From Omnitrophica bacterium RIFCSPHIGHO2_02_FULL_46_20 (GTDB lineage Bacteria; Omnitrophota; Gorgyraeia; 2-01-FULL-45-10): DNA of 46,646 nt. Made by a program: the position numbers and the translations under genes. The notes under the pieces were generated by a model. That model did no database searches and was not told the origin of the DNA. It saw only the letters and a list, made by a program, of their open reading frames with translations. The stretch's first letter is position 1. Each line of letters begins with the position of its first letter. Below are positions 9,466 through 17,226 of the stretch, piece after piece. The stretch is taken from NCBI GenBank assembly GCA_001804065.1, contig MHFG01000082.1, positions 1-46,646 of the forward strand. Reading direction: 5' to 3'.

Positions 9466-9524
9466 ATGAAACCCCGCATTGCATTCAGGAGAGGTTCCAT
9501 GTGCAATTGTATAAGTGTTGGCAC
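9466..9524 (+). repeat. 59-nt start-codon-abutting element, unit 2 of a tandem pair
   Basis: 53/59 positions identical to unit 1 (hand count). The 20-codon ORF ends in TGA 9526-9528, overlapping the ftsA ATG at 9525. Confidence 0.85.
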
Positions 9525-10595
9525 ATGAAAAAGCCGATAATAATAACAGGTCTTGATATAGGTTCCTCGAAGATTTCGGCAGTCGCGCTCGAAGTTTTAG
9601 GCGGCGGTTTGTCGACCGTACTTGCTTACGAAAGCCAGTCGTCAAAAGGCGTGTCGAGAGGCGCCATCACTGGTCTTGATGACGCTTCAAATTCTGTGAA
9701 AAGGGTTCTGACGAGACTATGCGAAAAAACAGGAAAACGTCCTGACAATATTTACACAAATATCAGCGGCGAGACAATAAAGGGCGAGAAATCGCGCGGC
9801 ATGATCCCATTGTCGTCGAGAGGCAGGGAGGTTACAAGATCAGATATAGCAAAGTGCATAAATGCGGCAAGTACCATTCGATTGGCTTTCGACAGGGAGA
9901 TAGTGCATAAAATAGTTCTGAATTTTTCGATAGACGATCAGCTTAGTATAAAGAGTCCTCTTGGCCTATACGCCTCGCGGCTATCCTGCGAGATGTATAT
10001 GATAATAGCAAATCTAAATCACATCCAAAATATATATAAATGCGTCAATAGCGCCGGATACGGCATAAAAGAGGTCATATATTCAGGGATAGCGGAGGGG
10101 GTAAGTCTTCTGGAAGACGAGTGGAAGGAAGACGGCGTGATACTTCTCAATATGGGCGCATCCCTGACGGAAATTTCGATATTCTTCGCAGGCACTCTAA
10201 ACTATCTGGATGTTATGCCTCGCGGGGCTAATGACATTGATGGGGATTTGAAAAATAATCAGGCCTTCAATGATATTATTTCGCGGATCAAGGCAGGGAG
10301 CGAAGATTTTATTAAGAATGGTGGAAATATAAAATTAGTAGTTATTACCGGCGGCTTCGCTTTTTCGGAAGGCGTTGTAGATATTCTGGAAGAAAAATTA
10401 TCTTATCCTGTTAAGATGGGTATTGTGAGGAATGTTCAGGGTAACATATCCGGCATTGACAGTATGCGCGCCGTTTCCGCTATAGGGCTTGCAAGGTACG
10501 CGCAAACGCATTATCAGCCGAAACCATTTCAGCCAAAAGGCTTGGTCAAAGACATATCCGAAAAAGTGGCGGAGATATTTAATAACTACTTTTAG
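9525..10595 (+). CDS. ftsA: Cell division protein FtsA (actin-like ATPase), 356 aa. The start is moved from the ORF-track TTG at 9459, which lies inside the repeat, to the ATG at 9525.
   Basis: MKKPIIITGLDIGSSKISAV phosphate-1 motif, ITGGFAF. C-terminal amphipathic tail VKDISEKVAEIFNNYF. Follows ftsQ. Confidence 0.85.
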   Translation: MKKPIIITGLDIGSSKISAVALEVLGGGLSTVLAYESQSSKGVSRGAITGLDDASNSVKRVLTRLCEKTGKRPDNIYTNISGETIKGEKSRGMIPLSSRGREVTRSDIAKCINAASTIRLAFDREIVHKIVLNFSIDDQLSIKSPLGLYASRLSCEMYMIIANLNHIQNIYKCVNSAGYGIKEVIYSGIAEGVSLLEDEWKEDGVILLNMGASLTEISIFFAGTLNYLDVMPRGANDIDGDLKNNQAFNDIISRIKAGSEDFIKNGGNIKLVVITGGFAFSEGVVDILEEKLSYPVKMGIVRNVQGNISGIDSMRAVSAIGLARYAQTHYQPKPFQPKGLVKDISEKVAEIFNNYF

Positions 10596-10603
10596 AGGCG
10601 CCT

Positions 10604-11047
10604 ATGCTGTGTATGGAAGAGAGAAGGCATTTTATAAGGCATCCCATCTGCCATCCTCTTGAATTTGAACATGCCCCGAAGAAGATAAGAGAGAGGACAA
10701 AGACGCTGAACATAAGCGAAGGCGGTTTGCTGTTTCTCTCAAGGCATCCTCTTAAGAAGGATGATCTCATAATATTGAAGATGCCGCTGCAGGATAAGAT
10801 CTTTAGGGTCAATGCCAAGGTGATGCATATCACCAAGGACAGTGAAAGTCCCGGCCTTTTTAATATAGGAGTCTCATTCTACCGCTACCCTGACGCGTTC
10901 AAAGTAAAGCTTATCGAGCAGCTTTATCTAATAGACGAATATAGGATGCTGCGTTCACTCCAGATGGGCCGCGAAGTGACCATGCAGGAAGCCTCCGAAG
11001 AGTGGATAAGGCGCTACTCCAAGAGATTCGCAAGACTATACTGGTAA
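10604..11047 (+). CDS. PilZ-domain protein (predicted c-di-GMP receptor) with a roughly 45-aa C-terminal helical tail
   Basis: RRxxxR motif (RRHFIR) and D/NxSxxG motif (NISEGG) about 25 residues apart. AGAGG Shine-Dalgarno 5 nt upstream of the ATG. Confidence 0.7.
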   Translation: MLCMEERRHFIRHPICHPLEFEHAPKKIRERTKTLNISEGGLLFLSRHPLKKDDLIILKMPLQDKIFRVNAKVMHITKDSESPGLFNIGVSFYRYPDAFKVKLIEQLYLIDEYRMLRSLQMGREVTMQEASEEWIRRYSKRFARLYW

Positions 11048-11077
11048 TTATCTAACCTCACCCAGAAATCTGTTTCG

Positions 11078-11162
11078 CTTGATAGCAAAGGAAATTATAT
11101 TCGGTTACCCATATTAGATCCTTCCCCCGCCAAAGCGGGGTCAGGATCAAGAAAAATCTGCC
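11078..11162 (-). repeat. Repeat family 2, copy A (inverted relative to copy B at 34707-34829)
   Basis: The reverse complement reads GGCAGATTTTTCTTGATCCTGACCCCGC-tttg-GCGGGGGAAGGATCTAAT..TATAATTTCCTTTGCTATCAAG. It matches copy B with single mismatches in each conserved block. It contains the 32-nt hairpin 11117-11148. Confidence 0.7.
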
Positions 11163-11198
11163 AAAAGCCTCCCGCAGGGCAGATTTTCTTGACTTTTC
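11147..11198 (+). terminator. Probable intrinsic (bidirectional-type) terminator after the ftsA-PilZ unit
   Basis: Stem TCAAGAAAAATCTGCC / GGCAGATTTTCTTGA (1-nt bulge) with a 15-nt loop, followed by the T-rich run TTTCTTGACTTTTC. Confidence 0.5.
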
Positions 11199-11254
11199 AT
11201 TCCAATTGTGCTATTTTATCCACCTTCGCAGTCAACTCAGTAAAAGATTTGGCG

Positions 11255-11278
11255 CTTAGGTGGATAAATCCACCTAAG
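11255..11278. promoter_or_regulatory. Perfect 10-bp inverted repeat (candidate operator or small hairpin) upstream of yggS
   Basis: CTTAGGTGGA-taaa-TCCACCTAAG. A third half-site-like ATCCACCT lies about 45 nt upstream. Confidence 0.35.
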
Positions 11279-11330
11279 TATTGCGCTGTTTTGTATTGAA
11301 TGCGAAGGAGGTTCCCCTCACTTATACCCT

Positions 11331-12008
11331 ATGATCGCAGATAATTTGAAATCCGTAACACAAGGGATAGCAAGGTGTTGCGAAAAAACCCGGCGGCATC
11401 CTGGAGACGTAAAGTTGATATGCGTTACCAAAGAAGCCAATATTAAAGAGATAGAAGAGGTTTTGGCCTTGAAGGTTAAGGATATAGGCGAGAACAGGGT
11501 GCAGGATGCGCTTATCAAGTATAGGGCGATAGGGGACAGGGCAATATGGCATTTGGTGGGGCATCTACAGACGAATAAAGTTAAAGACGCGGTAAAGATA
11601 TTCTCGCTGATACATTCCATCGATAGTATTCGTCTCGCAAAAGAGATAGATAAGGAGGCGGAGAAGATAAACAAAGTCCAGGATATACTTGTTGAAGTAA
11701 ATACATCGGGCGAAGAGAGTAAATTTGGGATCACGCCGAACGATATAGGAGCATTTTTTAAAGAAATCAGTTTATATCCTAATATTAATATATTAGGCCT
11801 TATGACGATCGCGCCGGAAGTCAATGCGCAAGATATGGCGAGGCCCAGTTTCCACAAGCTGCGAGAAATAGGCGAACAACTGCAAAAGTTAAAGCTCGCA
11901 GCTTGTGGCTTACAACTTTCGATGGGTATGTCGAATGACTTTGAGGTCGCTATTGAAGAAGGTTCGACGATGGTAAGGATAGGAAGGGCGATATTCAAAA
12001 ATGATTGA
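11331..12008 (+). CDS. yggS: YggS/YlmE-family pyridoxal-phosphate homeostasis protein
   Basis: Alanine-racemase-fold family motifs: ICVTK (PLP lysine), WHLVGHLQTNK, LSMGMSNDFE. Confidence 0.85.
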   Translation: MIADNLKSVTQGIARCCEKTRRHPGDVKLICVTKEANIKEIEEVLALKVKDIGENRVQDALIKYRAIGDRAIWHLVGHLQTNKVKDAVKIFSLIHSIDSIRLAKEIDKEAEKINKVQDILVEVNTSGEESKFGITPNDIGAFFKEISLYPNINILGLMTIAPEVNAQDMARPSFHKLREIGEQLQKLKLAACGLQLSMGMSNDFEVAIEEGSTMVRIGRAIFKND

Positions 12009-12813
12009 TAAAAAAATCGGAATTATCGGCTGCGGCAACATGGGCGAGGCGCTCTTGAGCCGCCTCTCAAATGTGGTTGAGAAGAGCACATCCCTTATGG
12101 TGAGCGAATTCGACGCAAAGAGAAGGGGCTATATACAATCGAAATATAAGATCATAGTTGAAATAGACAATAATAGGGTAGTAAAGTTTGCCGATTGTAT
12201 TATATTATCGATAAAGCCTAAGGATTTTGAAAATGTTCTTAAATCCGAGGTATGCTGCGGCGTCTCTAAAGGAAAGCTTTTGATATCTATAGCCGCAGGC
12301 ATAACAACAAGATATATCGAAAGCATTGTTGGTAAAGACATCCCCGTTATAAGAGTCATGCCGAACATGGCCGCGGCAATAGGCGAAGCGATATCGAGCA
12401 TAAGCGCTGGAAGCGCGGCAAGTGTTCGGGATATGAGATTAGCGAAAGAGATATTTTCGACTATAGGCGAAGTGGTTGAGGTCGATGAGGAACTTGTCGA
12501 TAGCGTAACCGCTATAAGCGGCAGCGGGCCGGCTTATTTCTTTTATCTTGTAGAGTCCCTGATAGATGCGGCTCAAAGTTTAGGGTTGGATAAAGATATT
12601 GCGAAGAGGCTCGTATTGAAGACAGCGCTTGGAAGCGCAAAGTTATTGGAAGTGACAGAAGAAGAGCCCGCTGTATTAAGGGCAAGGGTGACATCGAAAG
12701 GCGGCACGACAGAGGCCGCGATAAAAGTTTTTGAGTCGAAGAAATTTAAAAATATAGTCAAAGACGCCGTTAAGGAAGCGCAAAAAAGAGCGAATAAACT
12801 TTCGAAGAGGTAA
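12001..12813 (+). CDS. proC: Pyrroline-5-carboxylate reductase
   Basis: IGIIGCGNMGEAL NAD(P)-binding motif, GSGPAYFFY, TSKGGTTEAA. Confidence 0.85.
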   Translation: MIDKKIGIIGCGNMGEALLSRLSNVVEKSTSLMVSEFDAKRRGYIQSKYKIIVEIDNNRVVKFADCIILSIKPKDFENVLKSEVCCGVSKGKLLISIAAGITTRYIESIVGKDIPVIRVMPNMAAAIGEAISSISAGSAASVRDMRLAKEIFSTIGEVVEVDEELVDSVTAISGSGPAYFFYLVESLIDAAQSLGLDKDIAKRLVLKTALGSAKLLEVTEEEPAVLRARVTSKGGTTEAAIKVFESKKFKNIVKDAVKEAQKRANKLSKR

Positions 12814-12815
12814 AC

Positions 12816-13115
12816 GTGTTTGTATTGGGTAATTTTATAGCGGCGATCGCGACCATACTTGATTATATCCTTACGATCGCCAACTGGCTTATCATAATCA
12901 GGGCATTGATAAGCTGGGTCAATCCGGATCCATATAATGTGATAGTCCGATCTTTATACAAGGTTACAGATCCTATACTCGCGCCATTCAGAAGATTTTT
13001 TCCGGCTTATAGTATCGGCATAGACATATCACCTATACTCGCTCTTTTAGCCATTTGGTTTTTAAAATTATTTTTGGTCAGGACTTTATTAGGAATCGCG
13101 ATACGGATGGGATAA
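12816..13115 (+). CDS. yggT: YggT/YlmG-family small integral membrane protein (GTG start)
   Basis: 99 aa with two or three hydrophobic segments and an ALISWVNPDPYN-type motif. Conserved neighbourhood with yggS/proC. Confidence 0.7.
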   Translation: MFVLGNFIAAIATILDYILTIANWLIIIRALISWVNPDPYNVIVRSLYKVTDPILAPFRRFFPAYSIGIDISPILALLAIWFLKLFLVRTLLGIAIRMG

Positions 13116-13134
13116 AGTTAATAGAGGAATTTTC

Positions 13135-14001
13135 TTGAGCAAAGTAGGTATAATCGGCGGAAGCGGTTTTTATCATATTGACGGCATAAAGGACGTCAAG
13201 AAGGTTAGGATTTCTACGCCATTCGGTGATCCTTCAGGCGAATTCACGACGGGTGTTCTAGAGGGTAAAGAGGTCGTATTTTTAGCGCGGCACGATCAAG
13301 GGCACAGGCTGCTTCCCAGCGAGATAAATTATCGCGCTAATATATACGGGATGAAAAAGTTGGGCGTCGAACATATTATATCTGTATCGGCATGCGGAAG
13401 TTTAAAAGAGGAATTGAAGCCTTTAGACATAGTTATACCATTGCAATTCGTGGATAGGACAAATTACGGCCGCAAGATGACATTCTTCGGCAACGGTATA
13501 GTGGCGCACATTCAGTTTGCCGAGCCTGTATGCCACAATCTATCCAAAACGCTTTACGAGGCAGGAGTCAAGGCAGGCGCGGCCATGCATCTGGGCGGCA
13601 CATATATAAACATGGAAGGGCCTCAGTTCTCGACCAAGGCGGAATCTTATCTTTACAGGGCATGGGGAATGGATATAATCGGCATGACGAATCTTGCTGA
13701 GGCGAAGCTTTCGAGAGAGGCAGAGATATGTTACGCGACACTGGCCTGCATCACCGATTATGACTGCTGGCATATGGACCAGGCGGTTGAGTCTGTGTCT
13801 ATTGAGATGATTATACAAAATTTGTGCAAGAATGTGGATACGTCGAAAAGAATAGTGGCGACGGCATTGCCGAAACTCAGGACGGGAAGAACTTGCGTAT
13901 GCTCTTTCGCGCTCAAAGATTCTATCGTAACGAGAAAGGAAGCAATCCCGTATAAGACAAAGAAGGATTTGGAATTAATAATTGGAAAATACATTAAATA
14001 A
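13135..14001 (+). CDS. mtnP: S-methyl-5'-thioadenosine phosphorylase (PNP/MTAP family), TTG start
   Basis: GIIGGSGFY, VVFLARHDQGHRLLPSEINYRANI, GPQFSTKAES, MTNLAEAKLSREAE. Confidence 0.8.
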   Translation: MSKVGIIGGSGFYHIDGIKDVKKVRISTPFGDPSGEFTTGVLEGKEVVFLARHDQGHRLLPSEINYRANIYGMKKLGVEHIISVSACGSLKEELKPLDIVIPLQFVDRTNYGRKMTFFGNGIVAHIQFAEPVCHNLSKTLYEAGVKAGAAMHLGGTYINMEGPQFSTKAESYLYRAWGMDIIGMTNLAEAKLSREAEICYATLACITDYDCWHMDQAVESVSIEMIIQNLCKNVDTSKRIVATALPKLRTGRTCVCSFALKDSIVTRKEAIPYKTKKDLELIIGKYIK

Positions 14002-14002
14002 A

Positions 14003-16726
14003 ATGAATTATAAGCATACGTTAAATTTACCTAAGACAGACTTTCCAATGAAGGCAGATCTTCCGAATCGAGAGCCCAAGATCTTAAAACAGTGGCAGGA
14101 TATGGATCTTTACGGGAAGATTCGCAATATTCGTAAAGGCAAAAATAAATTCATCCTGCACGACGGCCCCCCATATGCAAACGGGAATATCCATATGGGC
14201 CACGCCCTGAATAAGATACTGAAGGACATAGTTATTCGTTATAAGACGATGCGCGGACTTGATTCGCCTTATGTGCCCGGATGGGACTGCCACGGCCTTC
14301 CGGTAGAACATCAACTATTCAAGGAATTAAAGATAACGAAACATGACATAGATCAGGTGAAGTTCAGGAGGAAGGCGTATGACTACGCGATGAAGTATGT
14401 AGCCATACAGAGAGATCAATTCAAGCGCTTAGGTATATTTGGCGAATGGGAGAACCCGTATCTTACGCTTTCAAAAGATTACGAGGCAGAGATTGTCAGG
14501 TCGTTCGGCAGGCTGGTTGAAAAAGGTTATATATATAAGGATTTGAAGCCGGTTAACTGGTGCTCGACGTGCGAGACTGCCTTAGCAGAGGCTGAGATCG
14601 AATACGAGGAGAAGAGTTCGCCCTCGATTTATGTCGCATTTAAATATAAAGACGACGCATCGTTTGTGATCTGGACAACAACGCCGTGGACCTTGCTTGC
14701 CAATGTCGCGATAGCGGTACATCCTGAAGAGGAGTACGTATTTGCGAAAGGGCCTGGCAATGAAACCTATATAATAGCGAAGGGCCTTATTGAAGCCGCG
14801 ATGAAAATGATAGGGATAAAAGAATATAAAATAACAAAGACAGCCAAGGGTAAGGAATTAGAAGGTTTAGAAGCAGCCCATCCATTCATTGATAGAAAAT
14901 CGAAGGTTGTTTTAGCCGAATATGTTTCCATGAAAGACGGAACCGGCTGCGTTCATACGGCCCCCGGACATGGACAAGAAGACTATATCACGGGCAAACG
15001 TTACGGCCTTCCTGCCGTAATGCCAGTCGATTCAAAAGGAAAATTTGACAATACCTGCGGTGAATTTAGCGGGATGGACGTTATTAACGCAAACAAGCCG
15101 ATACTGGAAAAGTTAAAATCGCAAGGCGCTTTATTACACGCCGAAGAGGTCGCGCATTCCTATCCGCATTGCTGGCGATGTAAAAGGCCTATAATCTTTA
15201 GAGCTACAGATCAATACTTCTTAAAGGTAGATCATAAGAATTTACGAAAAAATATGTTAAAGGCGATCTCTTCCGACATAAAATGGATTCCTAAAGAAGG
15301 GAAGTCTAGGATATCGACTATGGTCGAGAATCGGCCTGACTGGTGTCTGTCAAGGCAGAGATACTGGGGTGTTCCGATAATAGCTTTCTATTGCAAAGAC
15401 TGTAAAAAAGTTCTTCTGGATCAAAAAGTCATAGAACATGTGGCCGGTTTTGTTGAAAAGGAAGGCGCGGATGTTTGGTTTGCGAAGAAAGAAGAGGAAC
15501 TGATGCCGGAGGGCGCCAAATGCAAAAAATGCGGCGGCATACAATTCCAAAAGGAGACGGATATCATAGACGTATGGTTTGATTCAGGCGTGAGCCATCA
15601 GGCCGTATTAAAGAAAAATAAAGATTTGGATTATCCGTGTGAATTATACTTGGAAGGCTCTGATCAGCACAGAGGCTGGTTCCAGTCAGCGCTTATAACA
15701 GCTATGGGGATAGACGAGAAAGCGCCGTATAAAAATGTCCTCACTCACGGTTTCGTAGTTGACGGCGAAGGCAAGAAGATGTCCAAGTCGCTCGGAAATG
15801 TCATAACGCCCGAAGAGGTCATGAAGAAATACGGGGCAGATATACTGAGGCTCTGGGTTGCGTCGAGCGATTATTCGGAAGATGTAAGGATCTCAAATGA
15901 GATCTTAACGCGGCTCGCTGACGCCTACAAAAAAGTCAGGAATACCTGCAAGTATCTTTTGAGCAACCTCTACGATTTTGATCATGTGAAGGATGAAGTA
16001 GATTACAAGAAGATGCTTGAGATCGACAGGTGGATATTGAGTGAACTTGCCCGCCTCATAAATAATTGTACGCAGAATTATGATTCTTATTCATTCCATA
16101 AAATCTACAGAGACGTATACAATTTCTGTGTTAATGAAGTCTCTTCGATATATCTGGACGTCTCAAAGGACAGGATGTATACATATGCTAAAGACTCTTT
16201 AGAGCGCAGGTCCGGCCAGACCGCGATGTTAGAGGTCTTGCAGAATCTTTTGAAGATAATAGCGCCTTTACTTGCGATAACTACGGATGAGGTCTGGGGT
16301 TATCTTTCAATAAAAGATAAATCGGAATCCGTGCATCTTGAATCTTGGCCGAATGAAAAAGAACATGATAAATGGATCGATAAAGATTTGCAAGCCACGT
16401 GGACTCGGCTTGTAGCTACAAGAGAGGAAGTATTAAAGAAACTCGAGGAGAAGAGGCAGGGCGGGATCATAGGTTCGAGTCTTGAAGCGGCCGTGACGCT
16501 GGTTACGAATGATGCGGCCCTAAAAAAGATATTGCAGGAGAAGAAAGATTTTTTAAAATATCTATTCATAGTTTCACAAGTCAAATTAAAAGAGGGTGAG
16601 CCGGCTATATTAATAGAAAAGGCTAAGGGCAATAAGTGTTCGAGATGCTGGAATTACGGCGAGGCGGTCGGAGCTTATAAAGATCATCCGTCCCTCTGTG
16701 AGCGATGCGTACAGAACATCAAATAG
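14003..16726 (+). CDS. ileS: Isoleucyl-tRNA synthetase (type 1, C-terminal zinc finger). The start is moved to the ATG at 14003, 1 nt after the mtnP stop.
   Basis: HIGH-type motif PYANGNIHMGHALN, KMSKSLGN, C-terminal CSRCWNY..CERC. Confidence 0.95.
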   Translation: MNYKHTLNLPKTDFPMKADLPNREPKILKQWQDMDLYGKIRNIRKGKNKFILHDGPPYANGNIHMGHALNKILKDIVIRYKTMRGLDSPYVPGWDCHGLPVEHQLFKELKITKHDIDQVKFRRKAYDYAMKYVAIQRDQFKRLGIFGEWENPYLTLSKDYEAEIVRSFGRLVEKGYIYKDLKPVNWCSTCETALAEAEIEYEEKSSPSIYVAFKYKDDASFVIWTTTPWTLLANVAIAVHPEEEYVFAKGPGNETYIIAKGLIEAAMKMIGIKEYKITKTAKGKELEGLEAAHPFIDRKSKVVLAEYVSMKDGTGCVHTAPGHGQEDYITGKRYGLPAVMPVDSKGKFDNTCGEFSGMDVINANKPILEKLKSQGALLHAEEVAHSYPHCWRCKRPIIFRATDQYFLKVDHKNLRKNMLKAISSDIKWIPKEGKSRISTMVENRPDWCLSRQRYWGVPIIAFYCKDCKKVLLDQKVIEHVAGFVEKEGADVWFAKKEEELMPEGAKCKKCGGIQFQKETDIIDVWFDSGVSHQAVLKKNKDLDYPCELYLEGSDQHRGWFQSALITAMGIDEKAPYKNVLTHGFVVDGEGKKMSKSLGNVITPEEVMKKYGADILRLWVASSDYSEDVRISNEILTRLADAYKKVRNTCKYLLSNLYDFDHVKDEVDYKKMLEIDRWILSELARLINNCTQNYDSYSFHKIYRDVYNFCVNEVSSIYLDVSKDRMYTYAKDSLERRSGQTAMLEVLQNLLKIIAPLLAITTDEVWGYLSIKDKSESVHLESWPNEKEHDKWIDKDLQATWTRLVATREEVLKKLEEKRQGGIIGSSLEAAVTLVTNDAALKKILQEKKDFLKYLFIVSQVKLKEGEPAILIEKAKGNKCSRCWNYGEAVGAYKDHPSLCERCVQNIK

Positions 16727-16737
16727 GAGAGGCTGCA

Positions 16738-17226
16738 ATGAAAAAAGCAAAAAAAGCGGCAAAGAGAAGAATCGTAAAAAGCGTGAAGGTAAGTCGGACG
16801 AAAGCAAGGAAGGCAAGGCCCGCGCAAAAAGCGAAAAAGATCAGGATAAAAAAGATGCCGAGTAAGTACCTTAAAAAATACAAAGCCCTCCTGCTTAAAG
16901 AGCGCGAGAAGATCGGAGGCGGCATCAATCACATAACCGAAGAAGCGCTGAAGACATCGCAAAGGGACGCGTCTGGCGATCTTTCGGGTTATTCATATCA
17001 CATGGCCGATATGGCGACTGATAATTACGAGAGGGAATTCTCGCTTGGCAGAGCGAGCGACGAGCAGAATCTGCTCTACACAATCGATGAGGCGCTTAAA
17101 AGGGTAAGTGACGGCACATACGGAAGTTGTCTGCAATGCGGCAAGCCGATATCGAAGAAACGCCTAGATGCGCTGCCGCATACGGAGCTGTGCATAGATT
17201 GCCAGGCCGCCAACGAAAGCAAATGA
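16738..17226 (+). CDS. DksA/TraR-family C4 zinc-finger protein with a Lys/Arg-rich N-terminal tail. The start is set at the ATG at 16738, behind an AGGAG Shine-Dalgarno.
   Basis: C-terminal CLQCGKPISKKRLDALPHTELCIDC (CxxC-x17-CxxC). The ileS-dksA-like-lspA arrangement. Confidence 0.7.
   Translation: MKKAKKAAKRRIVKSVKVSRTKARKARPAQKAKKIRIKKMPSKYLKKYKALLLKEREKIGGGINHITEEALKTSQRDASGDLSGYSYHMADMATDNYEREFSLGRASDEQNLLYTIDEALKRVSDGTYGSCLQCGKPISKKRLDALPHTELCIDCQAANESK

Noticed and set aside
9407-9469. The 20-aa mini-ORF products as functional micropeptides or RiPP precursors
   Set aside because: The copy at 42121 is frame-shifted through the middle by compensating indels, so the peptide sequence is not conserved. 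Only the length and the stop/start overlap are.
9459-9524. TTG-initiated 22-codon N-terminal extension of ftsA from the ORF track
   Set aside because: The extension lies entirely inside repeat unit 2. The ATG at 9525 gives the canonical FtsA N-terminus (MKKPIIITGLDIGSSK) and is the point where the repeat ends in all copies.
9407-9524. Tandem 59-nt repeats as a mini CRISPR array
   Set aside because: The units abut directly with no spacers, there are only two units, no cas genes are present, and single copies occur elsewhere right at start codons.
9407-9524. The 59-nt element as a metabolite-sensing riboswitch
   Set aside because: It precedes functionally unrelated genes (ftsA, an HMGL-family synthase and a secreted hypothetical protein). 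It occurs in tandem, and it bears insertion hallmarks (ATGAAA at both ends, an orphaned native SD). It has no resemblance to riboswitch classes I know, such as preQ1, fluoride or guanidine.
11048-11330. Possible ftsZ pseudogene remnant in the spacer after the PilZ gene
   Set aside because: The track shows no ORF of any length on the + strand here. The DNA is accounted for by repeat A, a terminator and a palindrome. I could not see a tubulin-signature (GGGTGxG) coding remnant by eye, but this was not an exhaustive six-frame check.
11318-11998. 226-aa ORF on the minus strand
   Set aside because: It is exactly antisense to yggS, whose + strand product has clear family motifs (ICVTK, HLVGHLQTNK). 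The minus-strand product is low-complexity Ser/Ile-rich shadow sequence.
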